Source: Mycobacterium tuberculosis H37Rv | GTDB lineage: Bacteria; Actinomycetota; Actinomycetes; Mycobacteriales; Mycobacteriaceae | Assembly: GCF_000195955.2 (NCBI RefSeq) | Contig: NC_000962.3 | Location: 2,040,001-2,072,000, forward strand | Direction: 5' to 3' | DNA: 32,000 bases | Part shown: positions 31,036 through 32,000 of the stretch, piece after piece | How positions within the stretch are numbered: position 1 is the first letter of the stretch | Layout: every line of letters begins with the position of its first letter | Program-made: the position numbers and the translations under genes | The notes under the pieces: model-generated | What the model was told of the DNA's origin: nothing | Seen by the model: only the letters and a program-made list of their open reading frames with translations | Databases searched by the model: none

Positions 31036-31914
31036 GTGAGTGAGAATCGCCCAGAACCCGTGGCAGCCGAGACTTCCGCCGCCACAACTGCGCGTCACTC
31101 CCAAGCCGACGCGGGCGCTCACGACGCCGTGCGACGTGGTCGTCACGAACTACCAGCCGACCATCCGCGCTCCAAGGTCGGACCGCTGCGGCGGACAAGA
31201 TTGACCGAAATACTGCGGGGTGGTCGCTCGCGTCTGGTGTTCGGGACGCTTGCGATCTTGTTGTGCTTGGTTCTGGGGGTTGCCATAGTCACTCAGGTCC
31301 GTCAGACCGACTCCGGTGATTCATTGGAAACAGCCCGTCCTGCAGACCTATTGGTGTTGTTGGATTCGTTGCGGCAACGCGAGGCCACGTTGAACGCCGA
31401 AGTGATCGACCTTCAGAACACGCTGAACGCGTTGCAGGCATCCGGCAACACCGATCAGGCAGCGTTAGAAAGCGCCCAGGCTAGATTGGCCGCGTTGTCC
31501 ATCCTGGTCGGCGCCGTGGGTGCCACCGGGCCGGGCGTCATGATAACGATCGACGATCCGGGACCCGGAGTAGCGCCTGAGGTGATGATCGACGTGATCA
31601 ACGAACTGCGTGCCGCTGGAGCCGAGGCGATCCAGATCAACGATGCACACCGGTCGGTGCGGGTCGGGGTTGACACCTGGGTTGTCGGTGTGCCCGGCTC
31701 ACTGACAGTCGACACCAAGGTCCTGTCCCCGCCGTATTCGATTCTGGCGATTGGTGATCCTCCAACGCTGGCCGCGGCGATGAACATTCCTGGTGGTGCA
31801 CAGGACGGTGTCAAACGCGTCGGCGGGCGGATGGTTGTGCAGCAGGCCGACCGTGTGGACGTGACCGCCTTGCGGCAACCAAAACAGCACCAATACGCTC
31901 AGCCCGTCAAGTGA
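31036..31914 (+). CDS. DUF881 family protein (Rv1825-like)
   Basis: GTG start gives 292 aa; TM helix LVFGTLAILLCLVLGVAIVTQV; C-terminal AGAEAIQINDAHR...PYSILAIGDPPTL. Confidence 0.88.
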   Translation: MSENRPEPVAAETSAATTARHSQADAGAHDAVRRGRHELPADHPRSKVGPLRRTRLTEILRGGRSRLVFGTLAILLCLVLGVAIVTQVRQTDSGDSLETARPADLLVLLDSLRQREATLNAEVIDLQNTLNALQASGNTDQAALESAQARLAALSILVGAVGATGPGVMITIDDPGPGVAPEVMIDVINELRAAGAEAIQINDAHRSVRVGVDTWVVGVPGSLTVDTKVLSPPYSILAIGDPPTLAAAMNIPGGAQDGVKRVGGRMVVQQADRVDVTALRQPKQHQYAQPVK

Positions 31915-31951
31915 ACTAGCCCAACTCCGAGCCGACCAGAATAGGATTACC

Positions 31952-32000
31952 GTGAGCGATATCCCGTCCGATCTGCACTACACCGCCGAACACGAGTGGA
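31952..32000 (+). CDS. gcvH: Glycine cleavage system H protein, 5' end only
   Basis: GTG start; partial MSDIPSDLHYTAEHEW... with typical GcvH N-terminus; continues past the window. Confidence 0.85.
   Translation, partial: MSDIPSDLHYTAEHEW

Overview
The window is a Mycobacterium tuberculosis-complex chromosomal segment. Gene order and protein sequences match Rv1800 (3' part) through Rv1826/gcvH (5' end), an identification made by recall and not by search. Contents in order: PPE28 C-terminal PE-PPE hydrolase domain, PPE29, PPE30, PE_PGRS32, a DUF732 gene (Rv1804c-like), the PE20-PPE31-PPE32-PPE33-Rv1810-mgtC cluster, Rv1812c, Rv1813c, erg3, an S1-like secreted protease, a TetR regulator, MIRU20, a FAD flavoprotein, PE_PGRS33, bacA (Rv1819c), ilvG, secA2, pgsA2, a DUF881/small-basic-protein/DUF881 trio and the start of gcvH. 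I found no CRISPR, phage or defence system. The most interesting signal is the PE20 leader. It carries a clear M-box (Mg2+) riboswitch at about 7599-7765, followed by a 26-codon, proline-containing ORF (7854-7934) with a strong Shine-Dalgarno. This arrangement resembles the enterobacterial mgtL/mgtP leaders and sits upstream of a cluster ending in mgtC. The annotated-type ORF Rv1805c lies antisense to this leader and is probably spurious. Secondary signals are an apparent IS5-type transposase remnant between PPE30 and PE_PGRS32, a C-terminal module shared only by PPE30 and PPE33, a candidate DosR box between Rv1813c and erg3, and repeat structures between secA2 and pgsA2.
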